Shown one piece after another: positions 1 through 11,618 of a DNA stretch of 64,000 nt (position 1 is the stretch's first letter; the number at the start of each line of letters is the position of its first letter). The notes under the pieces are model-generated. The model searched no databases and was not told the DNA's origin. It saw only the letters and a list, made by a program, of their open reading frames with translations. The position numbers were made by a program, and so were the translations under genes. Source of the DNA: Prionailurus viverrinus (lineage: Eukaryota); NCBI RefSeq assembly GCF_022837055.1, contig NC_062566.1, positions 66,926,464-66,990,463 of the forward strand, written 5' to 3'.

Positions 1-1244
1 ATCTGGGATGGAGCCATTCCTTTGGACAATATTATTTGGTTTTTTTGATACCTGTTTGGATTGGTGAAATAAGAGAAGGCCCAGGAGAGTGTGCTCTCTG
101 GAGCCAGGGGAGGAGAAATTTTTTAGGGTAAGAGTCAGTTTTCAAGCCAGTTGATACCTGCAGAAAGATGAAGGAGAATGAGGATGGCCTTAGATTATTT
201 GGTGAGAAGTAGGTCATGGTGACGACGAGGCAGGGTAGTTTCAGTACTGTGGTGGAGATAGGAACCAAATTACAGGGGATTTTTAAGAACTTTTTATATT
301 AGAGAAACTCAGACGAGAATCATTCATCAATGATGAAACCTTTATTTAAGGCTGTTTTTGCCTCCAAACCACAAAGAACATATTCATAGAAGTTAATCTT
401 AAAGACTGCATATTCATAGTGTCTCAGTACCTTCAATTTCCTTCTTTCCTGGTTCTTCGATTTTTCTTCCCTTTTCTCAAATACATCCTATATATCCCTC
501 CTCATTTTCATCTATGCTCCGAAACAGAGATATAGGGGAAAAAAGAACTCAATAATGAAATCTCAAAAAAATAAACAAAGCATGTAAACACCTCTAGGCC
601 AGGATGAAGAAATGTAGAAAGGAGTCTCCTTTATCTCACCCTTAGGAATATGAGAATCTTAACAAACAATGGTAATAGAAAACTGACCTATACAAAGAAC
701 TGGCCCTTCTTTGCCCTGAGCTGCTCAGGGGTCAGAAATGGAAATACCAGGCAGGAAAGACTTAGAGGAGTTGTGGAGGGAGGGAATATACAATTAAGCG
801 AAAGCTATTGTCTTCAGAAAAGCTCCAGAGTAAAAGATGGGCTGGTAACAGCAGCAGAATTCTCTAAAGAATCCTCTGGAATACTGACTTCCCCTTTGCT
901 ATAGAGACACAGGGCACGACATGACTTCTTTTCTCTGACTGGAGTGCCTTCCTCCTGCTCTGACTAGTGAGTTTCCAAGTAGTCTTCAAAATCCAACCCC
1001 AACTATACCCATTTGATGATGCCTTCCTTAACAGGAGCCTTCCCTGGGCAGAGTTCACTCCTCTAGTGTCTGGGCTGTCATACCTCTAAGTGCCTGGTGT
1101 GAGAGCGACGAGGTAAGTGTCCATACCCCTAAGTCCACTACAAAACCTGCATTAGTTTACAAGTCTACCTGCTGGTCAGGACCTCTCTGATCTTTGTATC
1201 CTTAGAGCCTCATTTAGTGCTGGCACCTAGTAGGTGATTGATCA

Positions 1245-1440
1245 CTGTGTGGGAGAAGGGAGAAAAGAAAGAAGGGGGGAAAGAAAAGGAAGGAAGAGCA
1301 GGGTGGAAGAAGGAAGAGAGGAAGCGTCTGATTTAACTTTGCCTGGCCAAAAAAAAAAAAAAAAAAAAAGAAAGAAAAGGGGGAAATGGATTTTTAAAAC
1401 TCTAGAGAAAAGGGAAAGAAAGGGGGAAAACCACTTTTCT
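1245..1440 (+). repeat. Homopurine (GA-rich) tract with an embedded poly(A) run (1347-1367)
   Basis: Plus strand is almost purely G/A for about 200 nt (gggagaagggagaaaagaaagaagggggg...aaaaaaaaaaaaaaaaaaaaag...). Confidence 0.7.
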
Positions 1441-2226
1441 GAGTCTTCTCTGCCTCTCACTTTTCTCTCTGCCACTTCCTCTCACAACTTAGCAGCTCAC
1501 ACCATAGCTGTCCTATTGTCATTCCTGATCCTTGACTACACCCCAAAGGGAAGGAAAGAAGCCAGTCAGGCTTCTGGCTTCTTCCACCCCACCCCTCAAA
1601 CCTCACGCCATCCCTTCCCCACTCCAGGTGCCTGGCTCCTTCACCTCCGCCCTCCTCATCTTCCCCACACACAGCACTCGCGCCTCATCAGCTGGCACCC
1701 TGTGCAGCGCCAGGTCCAGGCAAGGACTTCCGCTTCAGAATGAAAACCCAGAGGCTCTTAGGGGCTGCAGGCTGAGGCAATGCTGGACTGAGCCTGCAAG
1801 TTACCTGAGAAAGAATATAGTTCATGGTTGGCCTTTCCACATTTTTCATCTTGATCCATGGGTCAGAATCATCATTTTTCTGACTCTCCTCTCTTGGCCC
1901 CTACACATTGGCTACTGGAGCGTCTTGACTGTCTTTCCAGCCAAATGCACTTTCCCCACCAAGAATGGTGTCAGGGTCCCTAAACCTTGTGGAGTTGTTC
2001 TGGGCCTCCTCTCCTTCCCTTCTCCAACAGCGTTTTCCAGGAATTCTGGAGCCACCTTTTCCTCAATGAAGACCATATATACAAAAGCGGTTTGTGAGTT
2101 GTAAAACACTGTGCTGGAATAAGATGCTATCATGAATCAAGCCTTCTCTTTCTCCCCCCATAATCTCTGTCCTTCTCTCATGACGTTTCTCATCCCTTCC
2201 TCCCTCCATGCACTGCCGCTCCCCAC

Positions 2227-2779
2227 TCACCCAGCAGGTTTGGTTTGGTGCCGTGAGGGAACCAAAGCTATGTGCTGCACAGTGGGCAGGGTCAGGATGC
2301 AGGCAGGCATCTCAGCCCGAGGCCTTGGCAGAGTTCCCAGGCAGAGCCATCGGCCCAGGCCAGGAGAATAAGCATGGATAAGGTGGGAGAGGGCGTAAGT
2401 ACGGTGGCTGTAGCCCCCCAGCACCAGAAGCTCTCCCTGCAGTGCAGCCCCTGCGGCCCCCACATGGGGGGAGGGCAAGGGTGCCAGGTGAGTCCAGCTA
2501 TCAGTCCTTGGTTCATAGGCCTCGAAGCTCAGCAGGTCCCCAGTCTCACCTAGCCCACCCGCGACATACAACCGTCCACCCAGAGCGGCCATGACGTGGC
2601 CAGCCCGAGGTACCCCCATAGCGCTCAGAAGCACCCCTGGCTTCTCAAGTTTGGGGTCATAGTGCAGCAATGAGGCCAGGTATTGGCCAGCCCCGCTGCA
2701 GCCACCGCTCACGTACAATCGGCCCTCCAGAACCGCAGCTGCGTGGGCAAAGCGTGGTGCTGGAAGAGCAGGTGCCGGC
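2227..2779 (-). CDS. KLHL33: KLHL33-like terminal coding exon (kelch repeats; stop at 2227-2229)
   Basis: ORF 2227..2718(-) extends in frame up to acceptor cccttAG (AG at 2780-2781). Kelch motifs PRFAH...GRLYVSGG, GGRLYVAGG, GELLVLGG. Phase 1+552 nt fits the upstream exon ending ...ACTCTCAG. Confidence 0.65.
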
Positions 2780-3165
2780 CTAAGGGAGAACAGGGCACAC
2801 GATCAGGCAAAAATCCTCTTCAACTCTCCTCCTCCGAGTCCTCTAGGCTTTCCCTGATGTCTAGAAACAGCCCCTTCCCTGCTCACCTCCAGACATTCAG
2901 CTCGGGGTGATAGGTCTCCACAGAGTTGAGGGCGACGCCACCGTTTCGGCCGCCCAGGGCATAAAGTAGTCCGTCCAGCGCCACCAGGGGAAAAAAGCTC
3001 CGAGCCTGGCACAAAGGCGCCATCTCCTCCCAGTCCTCTTGACTGGGGCCCCACCTGGACACAGCGGGACCAAAGAAGAGTGACCCCGGGCCCCCGTGGC
3101 TGGCTGGGCCAACAATTCCCCCTCAGCTGCCCACCTCGGGGCCTGCTATTCCGTGGGGCCCCTAC

Positions 3166-4090
3166 CTGAGAGTCGAAGCCAGGGTGTTGGAGTGGCTGTA
3201 GAAATCCTGTCCCCCACACACGTAGAGCTCACTTCCTGCGAGGCTCGCAGCCCCGTGCCGGAAGCGCCCCGGGGCAGGCAGGGCAGGCAGCCGCCCCCAC
3301 TCCACGGTTCGCACCAGTCCCGTGCCGCAGCAGAAGGCGCGCGCCCACCACACTCCTCGCGACGGCTGTCTTATGGCCATGTCTGCTCTGAGCCCGTCCC
3401 CGCCAATCACTACCAGTGCCTGGTCAGGCTCCCTGCGCCGCTCTTGACCTGGAACGGCAGCCTCTACCAGGAGCTGATGCAGCAAGTCCGCGGTCAGGGG
3501 TGGAGGCAGCCCCGCGGCCCGCACCCTCCGCAGCTCTCTGGTGGACATGCGGCCGAAGCGAACACATCGAAGCAGGGCCTTGGCCTCTGACTCCTGGGTC
3601 TCAGGGTTGGCAGCTAACCAACGCCACGCAGCCATGAAGGCCTCGAACTCCTCTTGCACGTGTAGTTCGTCGCTATCCAGGAGCTCAGCCAGGCAGGCAG
3701 CCGGTAGAGAAGGGAAAGTGGGGCACAAAGCCACAGCAGGCAGGTGGGTGAGGAGGTAGTGACGGGCTTTGCTCCAGAGCCTCTCTAAGCCCGGGGCTTC
3801 CGCTATGGGGAACAGGGCCAGGCAACGTGCGGGGCTGAGGCCCCGAGCCAAGGCTCTCTGGCACAGAGCAAGGCAGGAAGAGCTCTGGTACTGGAGAGCA
3901 GCCTGGGCAGCTCTCAGCAGTCCTGGCCACCTTGCCCGCACAACCCCGGAGTAGGCGAAGGAGACGAGGAGTCGCAGGTCCTGGGCAGAGATAGTGTGCA
4001 GAGACACCTCTGTGCCCTGGGATTCCCTCATCCCGCTCAGGAGCATGGCACCAAAGAACTCGCTGCCACAGGCCAGGGCTGCTCGGTGCA
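3166..4090 (-). CDS. KLHL33: KLHL33-like large internal exon: bulk of a second BTB domain, BACK domain, first kelch repeats
   Basis: ORF 3162..4187(-). Strong acceptor tcccctctgcttctccttgcAG at 4091-4092, donor CTCAG|GTAGGG at 3164-3165. 925 nt = 2+921+2, phase consistent with both neighbouring exons. Motifs VHRAALACGSEFFGAM, LLVSFAYSG, ELYVCGG. Confidence 0.65.
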
Positions 4091-4598
4091 CTGCAAGGAG
4101 AAGCAGAGGGGAATCCAGAGTGTTGCTGATTGCCAGGCACCCTGCTGACTTCACGTCCCCGACTTTGGGCCAACCACCCAAGGCCACAGGCTAAACCATG
4201 GTGTGCATCAGAATACTGTGCGGTGCTTGTTAAACTGTGGGTTTCAGGGACCCACCCCCAGAGATTCTGATTCAGTAGGTCTGGATGGAGACCCTAGGAA
4301 TTTGTATTTCAACATTTTCAAGCACCCTGCATGATTCTCATGTTAGTGGCCTGAAGACACTGTGATAAACATTGCTTTAGTTTTTTGATCCAGGTCAATT
4401 AGAAAAAGAGTCTTGATTGATCAAGTTGAGTAGATGCTATAGACAGCTTTTGCTAAAAGGGGGCACAAAATAAACTGCAAAGACCAATGGTGCAAATTAC
4501 ATAGGTCTCTATCATGCACACACAAAAAAGTTCTTTCCTTTACAATTGTAAGAGCCACTGACATCAGCCAGGATTTTACTTAGAAAGTGGTACCACAC

Positions 4599-4820
4599 GG
4601 GGTGTTTGGGTGGCTCAGTCAGTTAAGCGCCCCACTTTGGCTCAGGTCATGATCTCACAGTTCATGGGTTCGAGCCCTGCATCAGGCTCTGTGCTGACAG
4701 CTCAGAGCTTGAAGTCTGCTTCAGATTCTGGGTCTCCCTCTCTCTCTGGCTCTCCCCTACTCATGCTCTGTCTCTGTCTCTCAAAAATAAATAAATGTTA
4801 AAAATTTTGCCTAAAAAAAA
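4599..4820 (+). mobile_element. Carnivore tRNA-derived SINE (CAN-SINE)
   Basis: Head GGGGTGTTTGGGTGGCTCAGTCAGTTAAGCG, tail ...CAAAAATAAATAAATG + A-run. TSD tggtaccacac. Confidence 0.85.
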
Positions 4821-5799
4821 ATGGTACCACACTTACGAATCTCTGTGACCTAACCTAATCTAACTGCCGTCTCCCACTTAAGATTTCCCATGTGCAGCTT
4901 TTCGCTGCACACCCCATCTTCATCTCAGTACATTTCAGGTAATCGTGACATTTTAAGCTGGAAACCTTCAAAATCATCCAGTTCGATTGCTCCTTTTAAC
5001 AGAAGGAAACTGAAAGAGAGGAAGTGATTTATTTTCTATTCCATGTAATGGCTGCCCGAGCAGATCTTCACCCCCCAACGCCACTGATGTCAGGCTGCAG
5101 TGAGCATACTTGTGTATCGGTACCCTTCTTACCTGCATGGCCCTCACGCCACTGAAACTATTCTGTTACCGGATGCTATTAAATATAAATGTAAATAAAT
5201 TCTTTCTAATGTAATGCAATTTGAGATACTTGGCATCAGGTATGGAGTATTCTGACTAAACTGTTGAACCTAAATCTAATTGAACCCTTAGATCTAAATT
5301 CAAATTTATAGGAAATTGAGAAGCTAAAGGAACAAGCTAAACAAAACCATAATGGAAAACACACACACATCTAGAAAATGGAGCATTCTATAAGATAACT
5401 AATCTTATTTCTTCAGTAAGTCAAGTCATAAAAAAGGAGAGGACTGTACAAGAGTAAAGGAAGCTTAAAAGACATGTATCTGAGTACAGCATAGTCCTTG
5501 ATTGACTCCTGGGTTGGATAAGCCAGCTCTACAAGACATTTTTTGGACAAGTGGGAAAATTTCAACTTGGACGAGGTGATACTAAGGAATTATTGTTAAT
5601 TTTGTTAGAAATGAGTACGGTATTGTGGTTATATGTCCTCTTTTAAAGAGACATGTACCCAAGTATTTGTAAGGGAAATGTCACAGATTTACTTTAAACT
5701 TCGGTGATAAGCAAAATAAAGAGATGAGACAAATATCATAAAATGTTAATTGTTAAGTCTGAGATATGGGTGTTTGAGTGTTCATGTTAATACTTTCTT

Positions 5800-6012
5800 G
5801 GGGTGCCTGGGTGGCTCAGTCAGTGAAGCATCCGACTCTTGATTTCAGCTCAGGTCATGATCTCACAGTTTGTGGGTTTGAGCCTTGCGTTGCAGAGTCT
5901 GCTTGGGATTTTCTCTCTCTCACCCTCTCTCTCTCTCTCTCTCTCTCTCTGCTACTCCTCTGCTTGTGTTCTCTCTCGCTCTCTCAAAATAAATAAACTT
6001 AAAAAATATTTT
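5800..6012 (+). mobile_element. CAN-SINE with internal (TC)n expansion
   Basis: Head GGGGTGCCTGGGTGGCTCAGTCAGTGAAGC, tail CTCAAAATAAATAAAC. (TC)n at 5923-5950. Confidence 0.85.
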
Positions 6013-6199
6013 CTTAATTTGCTATGTGTTTGAAATGCTTCATAATAAAATAGGGAGAAAATGCTGCCAGAAGTCCTCTTAGGCAGGTACCAGGGCCAAA
6101 CACCCAGTGAAGCTATGAACATGAGGCTGCTTTGACCGACCGTGGCACGTTTGCCTGTCTCAAAGGACATGTGATGTTAATGTGGCTTTCCAGTGTCTT

Positions 6200-6414
6200 T
6201 TTAAAAAAAATCTTAAATGTTTATTTATTTTTGAGAGAGAGAGAGAGAGAGAGAGAGCGAGCAGGGGAGGGGCAGAGAAAGAGGGAGACAGAGTATCTGA
6301 AGCAGGTTTTGTGTTGAGAGCAGAAAGCCCAATGTAGGGCTTGAACTGACAAACCATGAGATCATGACCTGAGCTGAAGTCAGATGCTTAACCCCCTGAG
6401 TCATCCAGGTGCTC
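6200..6414 (-). mobile_element. CAN-SINE (reverse orientation) with (GA)n in tail region
   Basis: Reverse-complement SINE body ending ...gagtcatccaggtgctcc; T-rich start; (GA)n at 6233-6260. Confidence 0.8.
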
Positions 6415-6745
6415 CTCCATTTTAAGCAGCAGGTAGTGCCTACATGCTTCCCAAATAGTAACTATCAGTGACAGTTTTCAGATACATATTGCCTGAGAAA
6501 ACCTGCATTCCTTGAAGCAGGTAAGCCATTTCATTTTCCATGTAATCAACCAACCTATAGCTCAGAGTCACTGTGAAAGGGTCACAACTATTTACATTCT
6601 CCCTCCTCCTCATCATTATTCCCTAGAATTTTAAGTGACAGGTTTCTACCATTACGTTGGAATGTTTCTTAGGAAAATGAAAGCAAGGATAGAAGTATGT
6701 TTAAATTTGAAACCCTAGTGAGAATTTTATAACTATGAAATTTTA

Positions 6746-6965
6746 TTTTATCTATTTTTAAAATAATTTATTATTGTTTATTTACTTTTGAGACAGACAG
6801 AGTGTGAGCAGGGGAGGGGCAGAGAGAGAGGGAGACATAGAATCCGAAGCAGGCTCCAGGCTTGGAGCTGTCAGCACAGAGCTTGATGTGGGGCTCGAAC
6901 TCACCACGAGATCATGACTTGAGCCAAAGTCGGATGCTTAACTGACTGAGCCACCCAAGTGCCCC
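6746..6965 (-). mobile_element. CAN-SINE (reverse orientation), 17-bp TSD
   Basis: ...gactgagccacccaagtgcccc at 6965. Perfect TSD ataactatgaaatttta at 6729-6745 and 6966-6982. Confidence 0.85.
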
Positions 6966-8506
6966 ATAACTATGAAATTTTAAATCCCCCCTCCATCTAC
7001 TACTATCAGAAACAATAACAAACACTTTAGAGACCTGCTATGGATTGAATGTTTATGTCTTCTTCCCTCCTTCCTGTGTTGAAGCCCTACTCCCCAGTGT
7101 GGTGATATTTGCAGGTGGAGCCTTTGGGAGGTAATTAGGTATGAGAGTAGAACCCTCCTGAATGGAATTACTGCCCTATATAAGAGATATGACTGAGATA
7201 ATCTCTCCCTCCACCAAGTGAAGAGGATACAGTGAGAAGGTGGCCCTCTGCAAGCCAGGAAGAGAGTCCTAATCATAACCTGACCATACCAGAACCCTGA
7301 TCTTGGACTTCCAGGCTTCAGAACTATAAGAAATAAATTTCATCACTGGGTTCTACTCCTGAAACCAATACTACACTGTATGTTAACTAACTTGAATTTA
7401 AATAAATACATTTTTCTAAAAAAGAAATAAATTTCTGTTGTCAAGCCATCCAGTCTATGGTATTTTTGTTAATGCAGTTCAAGTTATGACAGGATGCTTT
7501 TTCATCTGGGGGTCCCAGAAACACTGTGGGTTCCAGTCATCCTAATGAGCAGTAGCTATGTGACTTTGGACATGTCTTGAAGTCTGATTTCTTTGTCAAT
7601 AAAGTATAAAAGCTGAACTAGATACTCTCTAAAGCAATACCTTTTAATTTAACATTTTTATGTGCCTGCATTCCAACTCCATTTGTCAGATCCTGTGTCT
7701 TTGGTTTGGTTGCACAGGAGGCAATGCATGGCCTAGTGAAAACAGACTGGGCTAGTGAATACTAGGCTTATATCCTGGTTCTCACCAGTTAACATTTCTG
7801 AGTTTAATGTTCTTTCCTTACACCTAGGGATAGTGGCATCCACCTCACTAGTTTTCAGCGAGAATGCAAAGACATGGCATGTGTAAAAATTCCTGGACCC
7901 CAGTACCTCACTCAGTACTGACAGAATCTGAATAACATTCAACTTATTCAACCCTCCTTAGCTTTCCTAGTGATGAGCCTAGTTAACTTCAAAGTGCCAG
8001 GTCCTGGTAGCTTTAAGATTATGGCAAAACAAAACCAGACCTTGCTCGTTAGCTGTAGAACCCGTATCTACCATGGAGTCAAGGACACTTAGGTGAGAGG
8101 ACACACTGTGAGTTATTCCACCATATTCATCTGGCTTTCCTGTGTCCTAAATAGAAGATGCCAAGAAGGGCTTTTGGTTAATTCCTGTTTAAGTCAATCA
8201 CTTTCTACTTGTTCCCCTGGCTCAGACTGTACTCATGACACCAGCCAACTGGCTGGAAATTCTTTGGTACTGGCCACGGGGAAAGCCACAGGTTGAAGGG
8301 TCAGCTTAAGTCTGCCTGGTGCTCCTGGGTAAACAACTCAGCTGCTCATGCCTTGCTCTCAGTGGGTCAGGAAAGGCACCAAAGGCCAACCCCAAGGAAA
8401 TTCTGCCTGCAGCTGTGATCAAAACCACAATGGAAGGGATCAAACCACCTGCAGCTTGCACACACATAAATGAACCTGCAATAATGTAATGCCAAAAGGC
8501 CCTCAC

Positions 8507-9260
8507 CCCGCAGCCTGCAGCCGCCTGCCTCCAGCTCCAGGTCACACCCGATGCCCTCTTGGTATAGGAGCTCGATGCTCCGCAGGTTCTCCCTCAGCTC
8601 CTCTGCCTGGCTGGGCTGCTTTTCATCTTCCCTGGCGCTTCCAGCCCCTTTGCATCTCCACTGGGCCACGGCCTTCACCCGGGGCGCTCCCAGGGCCTCT
8701 GCCACGACCAGCACATCTCCCAGCCGTGCAGGGCCCAGCAACCCCTCATAGGCAAATGTCAGTACGGCCTCCCAGGCCCCGGCGGCCACGTCCAGGCTGA
8801 GGGGGGGTTGTGGACCTCTGCCACCCAGCAGCCTGTCACGGAAGAGGCTGCTAATTGCAGCCAAGATTACCCGATGCACCCCGTATACTCGCCCCTCAAC
8901 TGACACCTCTTCGTCCAACAACAACCTCTGCTCCCGCAGCCGCTGTGCCTCCGCGAAAAACTGGCTGGGATGCTCCTCGCTGCGCAGCTCCTCGGGCTCT
9001 GCCGCGTCTTGTTCGTCTTGGTCGTCTTCCTCCTCTTCTTCCTCAAGGGACAAGACTGGAGAGGGAAGGCTCCCTGGGGCCATGGGCCTGGGGACAGGCT
9101 CTTCCAAAGGAAAGGGGGGCAAACTGGGATCCTCATCTGGGGAAGGTGGCCAGGAGGGGGTTCTCGGGTCGGGCAAAGGTAGGTCAAGGCGATCCTTCTG
9201 GGCGGGAGCAGAGACGCTCCCAGGGTCCGAAGGACGATGTGAGGAGTCCGAGACGCTCAT
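8507..9260 (-). CDS. KLHL33: KLHL33-like upstream coding exon: acidic/Pro-rich N-terminus, a complete first BTB domain, and the N-terminal strands of a second BTB
   Basis: ORF 8367..9260(-) starts at a true ATG (9258-9260). Donor CTGCGGG|GTGAGG at 8505-8506 leaves phase 1, matching the 4090 acceptor phase. Splicing rebuilds the canonical BTB start CDLELEAGGCRLR|VHRAALACGSEFF. The start codon and possible further upstream exons are unverified. Confidence 0.5.
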
Positions 9261-9269
9261 CGTCCAGGT

Positions 9270-10420
9270 TCGCTGTTTTGCTACAGGTGAACAGAGGGAA
9301 GGGGTGGGGGGTTCAGAGCTGGACCCACAGAGGCCGGAGGAACCCCTATCTCCAGCCCGGCGACATGGCAGTCCCTCTCCCTACTTCACAGCCCACTCCC
9401 CACCCCCTTCCCAAGGCTCGAGCAGCTAGGCTATACTGCCCAACACTGGGGTTCACGAAGAGCACCGAAGCGTGCCAGAAACATGTGTACCGATCCAGTA
9501 CCCGGGACCGTATGCCACCCGGCCTGCCCCCGTCCCACCCGGATAGTCACCCTCCCTAGACACCAGCGTTCCTCCTGGCTCTCCCTTGAACCTTCTCCGC
9601 TTCGCTTTGGACCCTGTGACAGAGGAAACTGGCCCCTCAATCGGGTCAGCGGCCCCACCCGACTAATTATAGCCGGCGCTGACCGGCTAGGGGGCTGGGC
9701 TCCGGGAGCCCAGACTCTGACACCCAATCCCCCGGGCTCCGTCCCGAGATGACCTCCTCCCCCCTTCCACCTGTAGGTCACGTCCTTGTGCTGAGCGAGG
9801 CAAATTCAGAAGCCAGGGAAGATGTGGGGATCGGGTGGAGTGAGCCAGGCCGGAAAGGCTGCGTTCACAAGACGGGTCTGGGGGAGCGGGGGAGGGGGGG
9901 GGAGGGAGAAGAGAGTCTGGACTGCGCAGACCCTCCGGAACGTAGGGCCAGAAGAGGGAAGGGTGTGTTTGGAGTCAGTTCTAGGCTTTGACTGTTGGTT
10001 TTTCTGTGCACGATAAAGTTGCCGACCCTGGAGCGAACAAAATACCTACATGAAATGCGTACGTAACGCAGTTGAGTCCACCGAGGGCGAGCGGGAAGGG
10101 GAAGGGATCAGGGCTACGTGTAGGTAAACCACCCCCGGCTCGGAATTTCCTCCCTGTCCCCAGGTGGGGTCGGTGGTGAGCTAGAAAGGCCCAACCCTGT
10201 GTGTTCAGGAATTCTGGAGGAGTCTAACCCTCACCTAGATCTCTGGGATGAGGACGGATCAGTGGAAAGTGGGGTGACCGAGGCTGCGGGGACCAAAATC
10301 CTGGACTGGATGGGCCGGGGCGGGGGTGGGGGGGGGGGCGAGTAAGCACTCTCACTTAGGTAGGACACCAACAGCCACTCCCTCTGCCCAGGATAACACC
10401 TCTTTCCTATCCTGACACAC
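9270..10420. promoter_or_regulatory. CpG island / putative KLHL33 promoter region with long G-runs
   Basis: High GC and CpG density immediately upstream of the KLHL33-like first coding exon; G-runs at 9885-9905 and 10315-10345. Confidence 0.4.
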
Positions 10421-11093
10421 CCCGCCCCAAATCCGGGCATTTTTGGCTGCATTTCTAGGTATCCTCATGGGGGAAGAAAGGGAATGGGACAGCGATGCCA
10501 CTTCCCTCCCCTCTCCTGGTAAGGTGGGACAGGCCCAGGGGGCTGCTGGGGGTGGATTCTCTGGCCTATAAAAAGATTGGTCCAGTCTGGATGGATTGGC
10601 CCGACAAGCTGACTTAACCGGGGAGCAAACGATTATTCCTTAGGACTCTGTGAGAGGGTGGTGTTCACGTGAGGGAGGGGTGAGACTTGACCGGCTCCTC
10701 TTTCCTCTCCCCTCAGGTGGCACGCACTTCCTTATTTCGCGCAGCCTGAGTCCAAAGCTTGGCGTTTGCATCAGGATCATCTTCACTTTCGCCAATGCCT
10801 TAGTCATGGCTGTGCACACGGTGGGCTTCACAGAAGTCCTTTCAAACCTGCTCAGGACAATGCCCATCCCCTCCCTTGATATGCCCTTTTCCCAAGTTGG
10901 CTCACCACCAGCCTGCACTTTTTGTGACTCCAGCCTGGGCAAGTCATTTTACTGAGGGCTGATGCGGGGGTGGGAGGGAGGGGAGTGTGGGTGATGGGTA
11001 TTGAAGAGGGCATCTTTTGGGATGAGCACTGGGTGTTGTATAGAAACCAATTTGACAATAAATTTCATATATTAAAAAAAAAATGAATCAGAT

Positions 11094-11305
11094 GGGGGAG
11101 CCTGGGTGGTTCAGTCGGTTGAGTGTCCCACTTCGGCTTAGGTCATGAGCTCACACTCCTGAGTTTCCACCCAGTATTGGCTCTGTGCTGATAGCTCAGA
11201 GCCTGGAGCCTGCTTCAGATTCTGTGTCTCCCTCTCTCTCTGCCCTCCCCTTGCTCAAGCTCTCTGTAAAATGAATAAATGTTAATAGTTTTTTTTTTTT
11301 TTTTA
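11094..11305 (+). mobile_element. CAN-SINE
   Basis: Head GGGGGAGCCTGGGTGGTTCAGTCGGTTGAG, tail + poly(T/A). TSD aaatcagatgg. Confidence 0.85.
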
Positions 11306-11583
11306 AATCAGATGGAAGCATCAAATCAGTCAATAAAGTCTCTCTGACCCACTACCTCTATGTTCTGCCCTTCCAGGAGCATGGGTGCAGCTGCCTAAGG
11401 TGGATCCAGAAAATGAGTTGTTTGGTGGGCATGGTGACCATGATCGTCCCTCTGTGCCTGGCAATGGCTAGTGTGGAATGGAGGTCTAAGGCAGGGGGCA
11501 GGGAGTCAAGGTAGGGGTAAGAACTTTGGGGATGGGGGAGAGAGCTGGACATATCTGGAAGAGGCCAGCGTGGGGAGATGTGG

Positions 11584-11585
<2 letters not shown>

Positions 11586-11616
<31 letters not shown>
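11586..11616. repeat. (TG)n microsatellite (about 16 units) followed by an imperfect (CGCA/CACG) tract
   Basis: gtgtgtgtgtgtgtgtgtgtgtgtgtgtgt then acgcacacgcgcatgtgcgtgcacacacg. Confidence 0.9.

Positions 11617-11618
<2 letters not shown>

Noticed and set aside
3685-4173. Alternative-frame ORFs overlapping the KLHL33 3166-4090 exon (for example 3685..4173 minus, 3994..4194 plus)
   Set aside because: Frame-shifted or antisense reading of a GC-rich exon with Pro/Arg-rich composition. Only the 3162..4187 frame gives BTB/BACK/kelch motifs and splice-phase continuity.
4187-4187. Apparent Met start (MALGGWPK...) of the 341-aa KLHL33 ORF
   Set aside because: The codon is GTG; the ORF track evidently allows alternative starts. 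The true exon begins at the 4091-4092 acceptor and is fed by the upstream exon.
5800-6012. tRNA gene calls from SINE heads (A/B box-like GGCTCAGT...GGTTCGAGCC)
   Set aside because: All such hits lie within full SINE bodies with tails and TSDs. No free-standing approximately 72-nt cloverleaf candidates were seen.
8855-9559. 234-aa plus-strand ORF and several others overlapping the KLHL33-like first exon
   Set aside because: Antisense or alternate-frame ORFs within GC-rich coding sequence. The minus-strand frame carries the BTB motifs.
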